In this document: in pieces, positions 45,582 to 56,286 of the stretch
How the letters are laid out: every line of letters begins with the position of its first letter
Numbering within the stretch: the stretch's first letter is position 1
Assembly: GCF_040222815.1 (NCBI RefSeq)
Contig: NZ_JAVKCH010000036.1
Location: 180,583-244,582, forward strand
Reading direction: 5' to 3'
From: Imperialibacter sp.
GTDB taxonomy: Bacteria > Bacteroidota > Bacteroidia > Cytophagales > Cyclobacteriaceae
DNA: 64,000 nt
Position numbers and translations under genes: made by a program
Notes under the pieces: model-generated
Database searches by the model: none
What the model saw: only the letters and a program-made list of their open reading frames with translations
Told to the model about the DNA's origin: nothing

Positions 45582-46805
45582 TTATACATAAAAATCGACT
45601 TTCTGATAATGCTTTAAAAGCTCTGTCATACGGTCGGGGTCTTCTCCCTTGAAGTTGATAGTGCCAAAGTGATTGCCAAATCCTCCACGGTCGCCACTGA
45701 TTTTCTGACCTTCGTAGGGCGGAACCAGGCTGTGCTCAATGAAGTAAGGGTCGTTGTTGAGCTCTTCGGGTATTTCAAGTTTCGAAAACTGACGCTTGTG
45801 AGGATAGATCATCACGTTGCCATGGTAATACTTCGGTTTGAAGCCCTTTGGAGGGAATATTGCATCCAGCTCTTCGTCGGTTGCATTCGGATCGTGCGAG
45901 ACCACAAAAGCTGCCAGAGCGTCGAACTCGTACGACTTGGAGCAAAGCTCAAGAATGTGTCCGCCGGGAATTCTACAGGCAGTTTCTCCAAAATTCAGCT
46001 CATCGTTTTCGGTAAGGAACCATTCGGGATGTACCATACCAAACTCAATACCGAAAATATCGACCATTTTCTGCACCTGTTTGTGGATCAACTCACGCTT
46101 GGTTTCCAAAAAGTTGCCTTCAGGAATAAAATTAGAATACCCGAGTTTCACATACTCGGTGATATTGAGGAACCTGATTTTGCCTTTATGGATAAATGCT
46201 TCACAGGAAAACTCCCTGCCTGGCAAGTGACTCTCAGCAAGACATGGGAAATCGCCATCTTCGCATTCTTCGTCTATTTGAGCCATTGACTTCAACAGGC
46301 GATGGCCAACAGTACCGGCCGAGGCAAAGGGCTTGATATGTACCCAGCTATCCGATTCGCCTTCCAGTTGCAGATTGGCTTCGTTCAGTCGCTTCATAAA
46401 GGCCTTCACACCGTCTTTGCTATACACCTCTTCAAACAGACCAACCCTCAGTCCTCCAATAAGGGCTTTGCGCTTCATGATGGCCTTGTTTCGAAAAAGA
46501 AAAGCCCGGTTAAGTACCCTGGGGTCATTTCTGTAAATTGAATTCAGTGCTCCGGCCCATTCTACTGTTTCCTCGTAAAGCGGAACAGCCACGTCAGCGT
46601 TATATGGTTTTAGCTTTTCAACAAGGTCAAGCGAATTGGAAGTGTCACTCCACTCATCTAGCTGGTAGGGAACAAATGGTATGTTATGTTCGGCTGCATA
46701 TGGTTCGAAATCCGGAAATGACACCACTACATAGGGTTTTCCTAATTTTTGCATACTTTCTATTACAGGCAGACTCCAGCCCATCAGTGCGAAACATTTT
46801 GCCAT
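45582..46805 (-). CDS. ATP-grasp carboxylate-amine ligase (L-amino-acid-ligase-like)
   Basis: FRNKAIMK; HIKPFASAGTVG; ESHLPGREFSCE; HPEWF...FGETACRIPGG. Confidence 0.88.
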   Translation of the reverse strand: MAKCFALMGWSLPVIESMQKLGKPYVVVSFPDFEPYAAEHNIPFVPYQLDEWSDTSNSLDLVEKLKPYNADVAVPLYEETVEWAGALNSIYRNDPRVLNRAFLFRNKAIMKRKALIGGLRVGLFEEVYSKDGVKAFMKRLNEANLQLEGESDSWVHIKPFASAGTVGHRLLKSMAQIDEECEDGDFPCLAESHLPGREFSCEAFIHKGKIRFLNITEYVKLGYSNFIPEGNFLETKRELIHKQVQKMVDIFGIEFGMVHPEWFLTENDELNFGETACRIPGGHILELCSKSYEFDALAAFVVSHDPNATDEELDAIFPPKGFKPKYYHGNVMIYPHKRQFSKLEIPEELNNDPYFIEHSLVPPYEGQKISGDRGGFGNHFGTINFKGEDPDRMTELLKHYQKVDFYV

Positions 46806-47050
46806 AATCGTGTTGGTTTAAAAGGTGAAAAATTCAAAATGGATGCGGAAAGGACAGAGGCGGCTTGCAAGTGGGAGCGGAAGCTGATCGACTGTCTGAT
46901 AAAGGCATACATGTCCTCTCTTAGATTGCTGCATCTATAAGAACAAGAGGATACAGGCCACTATCGTTCAAAAAAATTTGAATTCATTGAAATAAGTCAA
47001 TGATGTGTTACAATAGTTACATTTAAAGCGTAATTCGGATGCACAAGCAG

Positions 47051-47078
47051 AAAAAGACTCCACACAGGAAGTCTCTTT
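47051..47078 (-). terminator. Intrinsic terminator after the MotA/ExbB-like gene
   Basis: AAAAGACT-ccacacagga-AGTCTCTTT. Confidence 0.55.
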
Positions 47079-47187
47079 CGCCAATCAACTATTAAACAAA
47101 CTTTTATGCTGCCGTGCGGAACTGCCCTACATAATAGTGGAGTTGAGTGGAGCCCGCATGCATTGAAGGGGCAAATGCAACCTGCTG

Positions 47188-47556
47188 CTATTTGTTGGCT
47201 TTGTAGTGTAGGCCAAACCAGATAAGCCTTGTGACAACAAAAATAAGCATGCCGTAGATGCTGGTGATGCTTGACACCTTCAGCCCACCTGCCAGCATGG
47301 CTTGCGATACCTCTCCAATTTGCTCGATTGCCTGGAAGGCCATGAACATTCCAATGAGTTGACCAAGCACTCCAGTGACAAGGGCCAGTAGTCCAAAGAA
47401 CTTTACATAGTCCAGCCTCCTTTTGACTTCGTCACCTTTCAACCCTTTGGAGAAGATATCTGAGGCAGAAAGCCCGCTGAAGATCAATGCAGCAAGAAAC
47501 ATTAGCGTAAGAACTGACATGAATTCTATTCCGCCCATCCAAAATAATTCAAACAT
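47188..47556 (-). CDS. Small MotA/TolQ/ExbB proton-channel-family protein
   Basis: FWMGGIEFM; GLLALVTGVLGQLIGMFMAFQAI...LAGGLKVSSITSIYG. Confidence 0.8.
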   Translation of the reverse strand: MFELFWMGGIEFMSVLTLMFLAALIFSGLSASDIFSKGLKGDEVKRRLDYVKFFGLLALVTGVLGQLIGMFMAFQAIEQIGEVSQAMLAGGLKVSSITSIYGMLIFVVTRLIWFGLHYKANK

Positions 47557-47766
47557 AGTTGTAAAGATTTAAGGGTTTAAAAAAACATCCAGGGCAATCT
47601 TACGGTTTTTAGCCAGGCAAAATGGGCAAAGTAGACGGAGTTGCCGACGATGTCGGTGGACAACCACTTTTCGGGGGGATTCTACATTTTTGGTAAAATA
47701 CCTGCCGAAAATGGCATTTCGTCGACTTTCACGGTAAGATTTAGAATTTATCGGCATTTTGCAGCA

Positions 47767-48867
47767 ATGATAAGCGATTATCTCAACAAGTTGGTCTATT
47801 CAAAAGGTGGTAGAGTGCTGGCCCACGTGGTCTTCTGGTGGCTCTCTCTTGCTTTCCTGATGGTTTATTTTGCCAGGATAAGTAGCGATTATGGCTTCTC
47901 TCTGCGTTTTGCGTGCCTCATGTTGCCGGTGGCGATGGGCACCACTTACTTCATTAATTACAACCTTGTACCTAAGTACCTCCTTACGAGAAGCTACGGC
48001 AAGTTCATGTTGTATTTTTTGTACACACTTATTGTGTCGATGTATTTCCAGATGTGGGTAATTGCGCTCACCTATATCTCCATCGCTGAGTACAACTATG
48101 AGAAACTAGGGCCGGTAGCCGGGGATTTCATTTTTCAGCCGGTAGGTCTTTATTCTATCGTACTGTTGGGTGTCGCTCTTAAGTTGCTGCGACTTTGGAT
48201 GAAAGCTGAGCGAGAAAGGGCCGAATTGAAAAGTGCCAGCCTCGAAGCAGCGCTGAAGCTGAAGGAAGCAGAACTGCAGTTGCTCAAGGGTCAAATACAC
48301 CCTCACTTTTTATTTAACACCCTCAATAACCTCTACGGTTTGGCATTGGAGAAGTCGGATGTTCTCCCTGTTAGCATCCTGCGCCTTTCCGAACTGCTCG
48401 ACTTTCTTCTGTACAGAAGCAATAAGCCATTGGTGCCACTGGCCGACGAGATTAAGTTAATGAAGGATTACATAGCACTGGAAGAACTTAGGTTTGAAGA
48501 AAGACTTCGGCTTGAGTTGGATATTCAGGCCAACGGGAATGACTGTAGTATCGCACCTTTTCTCCTTTTTCCATTTGTGGAGAACGCCTTCAAGCATGGC
48601 TTTATGCAGGACGACCAGCAGCTTTTTCTATCCATTTCAATCCATACAAAAGGTGAGCGACTTTACCTCACAGTGGCCAATTCATTCTCAAAAAACGAGA
48701 AGGAAGCGGGGCAGCTTGGCGGGGTGGGGCTGTCAAATGTGAGGAAACGTTTGGAGTTGCTTTATCCGGGCAGCCACGAGCTCACAATTGAGAACAATGA
48801 GCAGCACTTTATTGTAAACCTGGAACTTGACTTAAAGACAAAAGATGATGTCGGAAGCGACTCGTAA
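47767..48867 (+). CDS. LytS/YehU-type sensor histidine kinase
   Basis: TM region, then ELQLLKGQIHPHFLFNTLNNLY; PFVENAFKHG; GVGLSNVRKRL. Confidence 0.92.
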   Translation: MISDYLNKLVYSKGGRVLAHVVFWWLSLAFLMVYFARISSDYGFSLRFACLMLPVAMGTTYFINYNLVPKYLLTRSYGKFMLYFLYTLIVSMYFQMWVIALTYISIAEYNYEKLGPVAGDFIFQPVGLYSIVLLGVALKLLRLWMKAERERAELKSASLEAALKLKEAELQLLKGQIHPHFLFNTLNNLYGLALEKSDVLPVSILRLSELLDFLLYRSNKPLVPLADEIKLMKDYIALEELRFEERLRLELDIQANGNDCSIAPFLLFPFVENAFKHGFMQDDQQLFLSISIHTKGERLYLTVANSFSKNEKEAGQLGGVGLSNVRKRLELLYPGSHELTIENNEQHFIVNLELDLKTKDDVGSDS

Positions 48868-49558
48868 ATGCATGATTGTTGATGATGAGCCGATTGCCAT
48901 TCGGGTGATCAGGGGCTATCTGCTGCAAATTGGTGGCTTCGAAATAGTGGCTGAGTGCCGCTCGGCCACGGAGGCATTTCAGCTTTTGCGCAGCCATTCC
49001 ATCGACCTTATTTTTCTCGATATTCAAATGCCTAAGCTCACAGGTCTCGACTTCCTGAAGGCACTTCAGCACCGACCAAAGGTGATTTTGGTCACGGCCT
49101 ACCGGGAATATGCCATTGAGGGTTTTGACCTGGATGTGGTGGATTACCTGCTCAAGCCAGTTTCTCTGGAGCGGTTCATGAAGGCGGTAGATAAATTTTA
49201 TCAATTGTCGGAGGGCAATGCAAAAGTGCAGGCAGCGACCACGCAAACACCAGCGTCAATATTCGTAAAATCAGATAGAAAAACCGTAAAAATAGTGCTG
49301 GAGGACATTCTTTACATAGAAAGCTACAGCGACTATATCAAGATTTTCACCGCTGACGAGACGATCATTACAAAAGAGAGGATTAGCCATATCGAGCATA
49401 GCCTACCTGCCGTTTTTGTCAGAACACATCGGTCATTTGTGATCAACAGTGCACAGATAAAGTCATTTACCAACGAGCACGTCAACGTTGCAGGCAAAGA
49501 GGTGCCCATCAGCCGGAGCTACAAGGAAGAAGTGCTGTTAAGGTTCCAAAGCCTTTAG
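48845..49558 (+). CDS. LytTR family response regulator
   Basis: IVDDEPIA; IFLDIQMP; DYLLKP; ILYIES...DYIKI; FVRTHRSFVIN. Confidence 0.93.
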   Translation: MMSEATRKCMIVDDEPIAIRVIRGYLLQIGGFEIVAECRSATEAFQLLRSHSIDLIFLDIQMPKLTGLDFLKALQHRPKVILVTAYREYAIEGFDLDVVDYLLKPVSLERFMKAVDKFYQLSEGNAKVQAATTQTPASIFVKSDRKTVKIVLEDILYIESYSDYIKIFTADETIITKERISHIEHSLPAVFVRTHRSFVINSAQIKSFTNEHVNVAGKEVPISRSYKEEVLLRFQSL

Positions 49559-49585
49559 CCGCTCTCGGGTCCCCCGTTAGCTTGT

Positions 49586-52330
49586 TTAGTTGGTTTTGAT
49601 CTCTTCGAAATCGTCCTGGCTGGCTCCCACTGAGAAATGCCGGAAATTGTAGGTAAAAGAAAGCATCACATACCGGTTAAGCACATTCGACTGCGTATCC
49701 TCAATGTAAATTTCGGATATATTTCTTCGGATATTGTTGTTCTGCTTCAGGATGTCGTACACATTCAAACTTACTTCACCAAGCTTGTTTTTGAACAACT
49801 TTTTACCCACACTCATGTTCCAAAGAGTGAAGCTGTTGTCGAAACCGGCAGAAAGCCCTGCGTTGATTTGATGCCTCACGTCTGTTCTGAACGTGAAGCC
49901 GTTTCCGAAGATCATGTTGTAGTTGAGCCTGGTAGTTTGAGTGAAGAAGTTATTGTTGAGCGCCGGCCGCAGGCTGTTCTCCACCACATTGTATCTCGAC
50001 CAGGTGGCCACCCTGAAGTCGATATTTTCACTGATGTTGCTGCTTAGCGAAAAGCCAAGGCGGTAGTTCCATGAGTTGGCCAGGTTGAGCTCATCGTTGA
50101 TGAGGCCAGGTCTGCTTGTATAATTGACTCCACCATTGAAGTTGACATTTGATTTGATCAGCGAGAATGGCTGGCCATAACTCAGGTATGACCTGAATTC
50201 CTTGTACCCATCCAGGTTAACCGGGCTTATGAGCTGAGAGCCTTTCTCGAGTACCACCCCTTCACCAACGGTAGTTTGTTCTTCGGCAATAAAGGTGCTG
50301 GTTCCGATATAGTTCCCGGTGAGTTCGGTGTGGGCATAAACAAACATCGACCTGTTCGTTTCGGGGTTATTTGATCTGATCCTGGTCCTTATTCTGTTGG
50401 TATAAGTTTGGTTAAGATCTACATTTCCTGTGCGAAGTTGAAGCGGGTTTGAGTTGTCAATAACGTCCTGTAGCTGTCCTATTTGTGGTTCCCTGGTCCA
50501 GGTGCGGTAATCTAATTCGATATTGGTATTGTCCGTAAATTTGTAGCGAAGCCGGGACGATGGCAGCACGCTGTTGAAGCGTCGGTTGAGCGTGTATTCC
50601 CTTGGGAACTGCTGGTCATTCTTTAGCTTGGCATCCTGATATTCCACTTCTACCTGCGCAGTAAGTTTTTTTAGTGTGTACTGGTAGCCCAGCTCTGTTT
50701 CTTGCGTAAAGTAACTGTTGTCGAAGGTGTTGCTCAGCGCCTGGTCGAGCAGGGTGTAGTCATCAAACTGCTCCGAAAAGTCGTACAGTCTTCTGTCAGA
50801 ATCATTGATTCTGTCTCCCATTGTATGTTCCAGTTCAATCCGTCCGTTGGCACCGACGGGCTCAGTATAGGAAGCGTTGACCCTCCAGTCGTGCCCCCTT
50901 CGGTTCCACTCAATATTTTGCTTGAGCAACTCACTGCTGTCAGCCGACTGATAGAAAATATTTTCAGCCAGTCTGTACCTGTCATCGGTGTTGATGTGAA
51001 AGCCGTTTCGGAGGTTGATGGTGAACGCCCTGCCCTTTTTTTCAAATTGATGGTTGTACATCAGGTTATTGAAGTAGTCTAAATCGAAAAGATCGAATGA
51101 AGAGCTGTTTTCGGTTTGATTCAAAGGGCCAAAGTCGGTTGTTGTGCGACCGAGGAAGTTGGAGTTGCGGATGTTGTTGCCGAAGGAAGCAGATGGCCGC
51201 CAGATGATCCTGTTGTTGTCGTTGATCTTGTAGTCAACTTTCATAAACACCCGGTGTTCGGCGTTAGTGGCATTGTTGTAGCTGCTTTCTGAGTAAACCT
51301 GCCCTGAGTCGGACGGGAGCACATATTCTCTGAACCTGGTTTGGGTGGTTTCATCCTTCCTGTGATTGTACAGATAGCTGCCACTTACCTCCAGTGACTT
51401 TGCCCAGGTATCTGCAAAGTTCACTGCGATGGCGTTGTTATTGATGATTCCATCCTGGGTCCTGCTGTCGGCACTTGCATTGGGGCTTGCCGAGTAGTTG
51501 AGAATATTGATGTTGTTACTCAGGCCCGAGATAGTTACCCGACGGTCGCCATTGAACATGTTGAGGTTAGCGCCTGCCATGTACCGTTGATCAGTACCAG
51601 CTCCCACCGACGTTTTTCCAAACTGCCCTCTTCTGCGATTAGGTTTCGTAATGATATTAATGGTCTTTATTCTTTCGCCATCGTCGAACCCCGTTAGCTC
51701 GCTCTGATCGCTCTTTTTGTCAAACACCTGAATACTTTCTATAACGGAGGCTGGCAAACTTTGCAAGGCTGCCTGCACGTCCCCACCAAAGAATGGCTTC
51801 CCATCGATAAGAATTCGTTGAACATTTTCGCCCTGGGCTTGCATCACGCCATCCACCATAGCAATGCCCGGCATCTTTTGTACCAGGTCTTCAGCGCTGG
51901 CGTCGGGCACTGTTTTGAAAGCCACGGCATTGAAAACGGACGTATCTCCTTTCTGCTCACTCATCATCGCCTGAGCGGTGACTTTTACTTCTTCAAGCGT
52001 AGTGGTTTCTTCTTCGAGTAAAATGTCTCCAAAGGAAATATCCTTTGCACCGACTGTTACATTTTTTATCACCGTCTGATAACCTATGTATTGAAACTGA
52101 AATCTGTAGCTACCCGGTTCTACTTTTTCCAGTTTGAATTTTCCTTCGAGATCAGTTACCACCCCCATTGAGGCTGGGGGAGAGCTTAGTTTTTCACCCA
52201 GCACGGTGGCACCAGGTAGGCCGGAGTAATCGTTGGCTCCTTTTATTGTTCCCGAAATGGAGACTGTTTGGCCATGGGCAGCAAGAAACGAAAACAACAG
52301 GGATATAATGGTAAGAAGTCTTAACATCAA
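49586..52330 (-). CDS. TonB-dependent receptor / outer-membrane beta-barrel protein
   Basis: Signal peptide; CarboxypepD_reg N-terminus; AEDLVQKMPG; IESIQVFDKKSDQSELTGFDDG; YVMLSFTYNF. Confidence 0.9.
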   Translation of the reverse strand: MMLRLLTIISLLFSFLAAHGQTVSISGTIKGANDYSGLPGATVLGEKLSSPPASMGVVTDLEGKFKLEKVEPGSYRFQFQYIGYQTVIKNVTVGAKDISFGDILLEEETTTLEEVKVTAQAMMSEQKGDTSVFNAVAFKTVPDASAEDLVQKMPGIAMVDGVMQAQGENVQRILIDGKPFFGGDVQAALQSLPASVIESIQVFDKKSDQSELTGFDDGERIKTINIITKPNRRRGQFGKTSVGAGTDQRYMAGANLNMFNGDRRVTISGLSNNINILNYSASPNASADSRTQDGIINNNAIAVNFADTWAKSLEVSGSYLYNHRKDETTQTRFREYVLPSDSGQVYSESSYNNATNAEHRVFMKVDYKINDNNRIIWRPSASFGNNIRNSNFLGRTTTDFGPLNQTENSSSFDLFDLDYFNNLMYNHQFEKKGRAFTINLRNGFHINTDDRYRLAENIFYQSADSSELLKQNIEWNRRGHDWRVNASYTEPVGANGRIELEHTMGDRINDSDRRLYDFSEQFDDYTLLDQALSNTFDNSYFTQETELGYQYTLKKLTAQVEVEYQDAKLKNDQQFPREYTLNRRFNSVLPSSRLRYKFTDNTNIELDYRTWTREPQIGQLQDVIDNSNPLQLRTGNVDLNQTYTNRIRTRIRSNNPETNRSMFVYAHTELTGNYIGTSTFIAEEQTTVGEGVVLEKGSQLISPVNLDGYKEFRSYLSYGQPFSLIKSNVNFNGGVNYTSRPGLINDELNLANSWNYRLGFSLSSNISENIDFRVATWSRYNVVENSLRPALNNNFFTQTTRLNYNMIFGNGFTFRTDVRHQINAGLSAGFDNSFTLWNMSVGKKLFKNKLGEVSLNVYDILKQNNNIRRNISEIYIEDTQSNVLNRYVMLSFTYNFRHFSVGASQDDFEEIKTN

Positions 52331-52779
52331 ATAGTTATGCTAGTAGTATAAAAATAGGAAATAAGTGTACCTGTGCTTTGATAACTATTCTTCAAAGTCA
52401 TTATTTAGGACACGTTTAAGCTATTGAGTATATGATGTAGCTATTTTCTGTCGGCCAAATTCAGCGCCCGATAGAGTGTGTAACCAGTCTATAAAAGTAG
52501 GCTCCACATTAGAATAGTGAAATTGTAATTTTTTAAAATGCTATTTCACCGGTTGAATGGTACGGAGTTGTTAAAAATTGTCACGAAATGCTGCCAGGTG
52601 AAACACTGGAGTTCTTTATGCGGTTAGTCGTGCCCAATGGATGGAATAGCCACGCCTTACAGTTACTTTGCCCAGCTGCACTCACGTATGGGCCACAAAC
52701 ATAAAATGGGAGGGAAGGGAAGAAGGAAAAAAAGCCGGATGGAGAAGAGCTTTATCCGTTAAAAAGGAAAAAGGAGAGC

Positions 52780-53115
52780 TTATTGCTCCCCTTCTTTTTG
52801 CAGGTAAGTAACCAGTTTGTCACATAATGCATTCATTTCTTGCGACATAAATTCGTCTCCAGTGGCATTGAGCACGCTCTGCGCCATGCCGCCGATGCAG
52901 TCTATATAGAAACGTTTCATGTCGGGCACTTCCATATCTTTCGTCCATAAATCGATGCGGAGCGTGTTTTTTTGGTCGGCATCCCACAAGGCCAGGGCTA
53001 TGGCGTTGGTTTCGCTGAGCTCTTCACCCGCCTTTTCGTCGGCATCCCAGATTATTTTCTCCGGGACACGGTTTTCGTCCATTTCAACAGTAAAACGTAT
53101 TTCTGACTTGTTCAT
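52780..53115 (-). CDS. gldC: Gliding motility protein GldC
   Basis: SEIRFTVEMDENRVPEKIIWDA...LWDADQKNTLRIDLWTKDM. Confidence 0.88.
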   Translation of the reverse strand: MNKSEIRFTVEMDENRVPEKIIWDADEKAGEELSETNAIALALWDADQKNTLRIDLWTKDMEVPDMKRFYIDCIGGMAQSVLNATGDEFMSQEMNALCDKLVTYLQKEGEQ

Positions 53116-53125
53116 TAATGCTTTA

Positions 53126-53947
53126 TTATTCAGGTAAACTATTCTTAAAGTCCTCGTAAGAGGCAGGCGCAAGTGGAGCGGTGTCGCAGCCCAGCTCGGT
53201 CGCTTTGGCATTGATGTCTTCCACTCTTGACGCAGGATCTGGGTGTGTGCTAAGAAACTTCGGTGTTTTGCCAGCCTGATCGCTATCGATTAGTTTTTGA
53301 AAGAAGCTATAGGCGCCATTGCAGGCGTATTTGCCCTCTGCCAGGTAAATCACAGAATACTCGTCAGCCTCTGATTCGTTGTCACGGCTAAATGCCAGGG
53401 TGGTTGCATTTCCGGCAACAGCTCCAGCAATTTCTGCCAGCTTTGAAGGGTTTTGGCCAAGGATAACGTTGAGTACCAGTTGAAGACCATATGCCTTCTG
53501 CATCTGCTGCATACTGTGTCTTCTATCGGCGTGGGCAAGCTCATGCCCCATTACGCCAGCCAAGTCGTCTTCCTGCTCAAGGTATTTGATTAAACCTGTG
53601 TATACGTAAATGTACCCGCCAGGCGTAGCAAATGCGTTGAGTACTTCGTCATCATGGATAATGTGGATTTTCCAGGCAAATTCATCTTTATATTCGATTT
53701 TGCCACTGTTTAAGATTTCGTCTGTTATTCCCTGAAGGTAGGCATACGCTTCAACATACTCTGTCTCGTCCAAAACCGGGTATTCAGCCGGGTTGGCAGC
53801 AATTTCATCACTTACCTGCTTACCCAGGTCAATATCATTTTGCAAAGAGAAGAAAACAGGCAATCCACCACCATCGTCATCATCTTTTTTACAAGCAACT
53901 ATGGCCAAAAGAAGACCTGCAATCCAAAAGCTTTTAAGAATTTTCAT
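53126..53947 (-). CDS. M48 family metallopeptidase lipoprotein
   Basis: Lipobox IVAC; NAFATPGG; GHELAH (HExxH); ESEAD; FLSTHP. Confidence 0.92.
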   Translation of the reverse strand: MKILKSFWIAGLLLAIVACKKDDDDGGGLPVFFSLQNDIDLGKQVSDEIAANPAEYPVLDETEYVEAYAYLQGITDEILNSGKIEYKDEFAWKIHIIHDDEVLNAFATPGGYIYVYTGLIKYLEQEDDLAGVMGHELAHADRRHSMQQMQKAYGLQLVLNVILGQNPSKLAEIAGAVAGNATTLAFSRDNESEADEYSVIYLAEGKYACNGAYSFFQKLIDSDQAGKTPKFLSTHPDPASRVEDINAKATELGCDTAPLAPASYEDFKNSLPE

Positions 53948-53958
53948 TTATGTTATGT

Positions 53959-54621
53959 TTAATTAATCCTCATTTCAGGAATCTCACCTACTACAATAAG
54001 CTTGCCAGCTGTGGAAGCTTTTATTTCTTCCACACTCACGCCCGGAGCTCTTTCGAGCAGCTTGAACCCGCCTTCCGGCAGCACTTCCAGCACGGCGAGG
54101 TCGCTTACTATTTTCTTCACACATCGAATACCCGTCAAAGGTAGTGTACACTCCTTTAATAATTTCGATTGGCCATCTTTGCTTTTGTGTTGCATAGCCA
54201 CTATGATATTCTCAGCAGAAGCAACCAGGTCCATCGCTCCCCCCATGCCCTTCACCATTTTGCCGGGGATTTTCCAGTTGGCGATGTCACCATTTTCCGA
54301 CACCTCCATAGCACCCAAAATAGTCAAATGTATATGCCCCCCACGGATCATGGCAAAGCTGTCGGCCGAACTGAAAAGGGAAGAGCCAGGTATCATAGAC
54401 ACTGTTTGTTTCCCAGCATTGATCAAGTCGGCATCTACTTCATCTTCAGTAGGGAAGGGGCCAATGCCCAGCAGGCCATTTTCCGATTGCAGCACCACGT
54501 CGATGCCCTCAGGAAGGTAGTTGGCCACCAGGGTAGGGATACCTATGCCCAGGTTGATGTACATGCCATCCTTTACCTCCTGGGCTATTCTTTTGGCTAT
54601 GGCTATTTTATCTAATCCCAT
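53959..54621 (-). CDS. scoB: 3-oxoacid CoA-transferase subunit B
   Basis: YINLGIGIPT; LQSENG; KGMGGAMDLV. Confidence 0.93.
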   Translation of the reverse strand: MGLDKIAIAKRIAQEVKDGMYINLGIGIPTLVANYLPEGIDVVLQSENGLLGIGPFPTEDEVDADLINAGKQTVSMIPGSSLFSSADSFAMIRGGHIHLTILGAMEVSENGDIANWKIPGKMVKGMGGAMDLVASAENIIVAMQHKSKDGQSKLLKECTLPLTGIRCVKKIVSDLAVLEVLPEGGFKLLERAPGVSVEEIKASTAGKLIVVGEIPEMRIN

Positions 54622-54646
54622 TGGTTCAATATTTAAACGGCTACAG

Positions 54647-55345
54647 TTATGCCTGGCGAATTGTTCTTTGCTCGATGCGTTTTTCGTAGTTCACGCCCTG
54701 GAAAATTCGCTGAACGAAAACTCCCGGCGTATGAATGTCGTTGGGGTTGAGCGTACCGGCAGGTACCAGCTCTTCTACTTCAGCAATTGTAATCCGGCCA
54801 GCGGTGGCCATCATAGGGTTGAAATTCCTGGCCGTGCCTTTAAAAATCAGGTTCCCGGCGGTGTCTCCCTTCCAGGCTTTTACCAGCGAAAAGTCTGCTT
54901 TGAGCCAGGCTTCCAATAAATATTTCTTTCCGTCAAATTCCCTTACTTCTTTTCCCTCGGCCACTTCGGTGCCGTAACCGGCGGGGGTGAAGAAGGCTGG
55001 GATGCCAGCGCCGCCTGCTCTTATTCTTTCGGCCAGCGTACCCTGAGGAACCAGGTCTACCTCCAGTTCACCACTCAGTAGCTGCCGCTCAAACTCGGCA
55101 TTTTCTCCTACATAAGAGGAAACCATTTTTTTGACTTGCCTTGTTTTCAGCAGCAACCCAATGCCGAAGTCATCCACACCAGCATTGTTTGAAATACATG
55201 TGAGGTTTTTCACGCCGCTTGAAAGTAGGGCAGATATGCAGTTTTCGGGGATGCCACAAAGCCCGAAGCCGCCTAGCATTAACACCGAGCCGTTCTGGAT
55301 GTCGGCCACTGCTTCGTCGGCATTTTTCACAACTTTGCTAATCAT
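54647..55345 (-). CDS. scoA: 3-oxoacid CoA-transferase subunit A
   Basis: [10 protein letters not shown]; [21 protein letters not shown]; ARNFNPMMA. Confidence 0.93.
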   Translation of the reverse strand: MISKVVKNADEAVADIQNGSVLMLGGFGLCGIPENCISALLSSGVKNLTCISNNAGVDDFGIGLLLKTRQVKKMVSSYVGENAEFERQLLSGELEVDLVPQGTLAERIRAGGAGIPAFFTPAGYGTEVAEGKEVREFDGKKYLLEAWLKADFSLVKAWKGDTAGNLIFKGTARNFNPMMATAGRITIAEVEELVPAGTLNPNDIHTPGVFVQRIFQGVNYEKRIEQRTIRQA

Positions 55346-55353
55346 AGGTGCAA

Positions 55354-56286
55354 TTATTTAAGCTGTTTCAATACTTTGATCGCCTGCCCTCTGTCTAAGG
55401 CTAGTTGATGCTTGAGCATTTCCAGGCTATCGAACCGCTGGTCCTTTCTCAGAAGCGCTACAAAGTTTACCCGGATTCGTTCTCCGTAGATTGACTGATC
55501 AAAGTTAAAAATATTTACCTCAATAGTTTTGGGTGAGGCTTGCAGCGTGGGTCTGTTGCCTATGTAAAGCATCCCATCAAAGCTCATTCCTTTGAAATCA
55601 ACGGTCACCGCATAAATGCCATCGGCAGGGATCAGTTTAAAGGTTTCTTCAACGTGCAAATTGGCAGTGGGGAAGCCCAAGCCTGTCCCTATATTGTCGC
55701 CCTTCACTACTTCGCCTTCGAGCATATAGTGATAACCCAGAAATTCGTTGGCATGTTCAATATTGCCTTCCATGAGTGCTTTGCGAACCTTGGTTGAGCT
55801 TATGCCAATATGGTCAATGTCCTGCCGGGGTATTTCTTCGACTTCAAACCCGTATTGAGAAGCATTTTCCTGTAGGTACTCAAAGCTACCTTCACGGTTT
55901 TTGCCAAACTTGTGGTCATATCCTATAATGAGTTTTTTGGTGCCCAGCGCATCTACCAGCACTTGCCTGATGAACGCATCACCAGTTAGCTCTGAGAACT
56001 CTTTTGTAAATGGGATCTTAACGAGAAAGTCGATGCCAGATTTTCTGAACAACTCCTCTTTTTCTTTCCAGGTAGAAAGAAGTTTGAGTGTGGATGCATC
56101 GCCTAATATGAACTTTGGATGAGGCCAGAAGGTGATAACAACAGATTTACCATTGTGAATGCTGGCTTGTTCGCATACCTGTTGCAAAATAGCCTTATGT
56201 CCTACATGCACGCCATCGAAAGTGCCGGCGGTAACAACCATGTAGCCATCATGATCAAGCCTTGCAATGCCCTCAACTACTTTCAT
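55354..56286 (-). CDS. ribF: Bifunctional riboflavin kinase / FAD synthetase
   Basis: [10 protein letters not shown]; GYDHKFG; ISST; GFPTAN; TIEVNIFNF. Confidence 0.96.
   Translation of the reverse strand: MKVVEGIARLDHDGYMVVTAGTFDGVHVGHKAILQQVCEQASIHNGKSVVITFWPHPKFILGDASTLKLLSTWKEKEELFRKSGIDFLVKIPFTKEFSELTGDAFIRQVLVDALGTKKLIIGYDHKFGKNREGSFEYLQENASQYGFEVEEIPRQDIDHIGISSTKVRKALMEGNIEHANEFLGYHYMLEGEVVKGDNIGTGLGFPTANLHVEETFKLIPADGIYAVTVDFKGMSFDGMLYIGNRPTLQASPKTIEVNIFNFDQSIYGERIRVNFVALLRKDQRFDSLEMLKHQLALDRGQAIKVLKQLK

Noticed and set aside
42423-46805. van-type glycopeptide resistance cluster
   Set aside because: The ligase lacks D-Ala-D-Ala ligase signatures, the racemase has no VanT membrane domain, and there are no vanRS, vanX or vanY genes.
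45582-47100. Graspetide/microviridin-type RiPP cluster
   Set aside because: The ATP-grasp resembles amino-acid ligases rather than RimK-like macrocyclases, and no precursor peptide with repeated cores is nearby.
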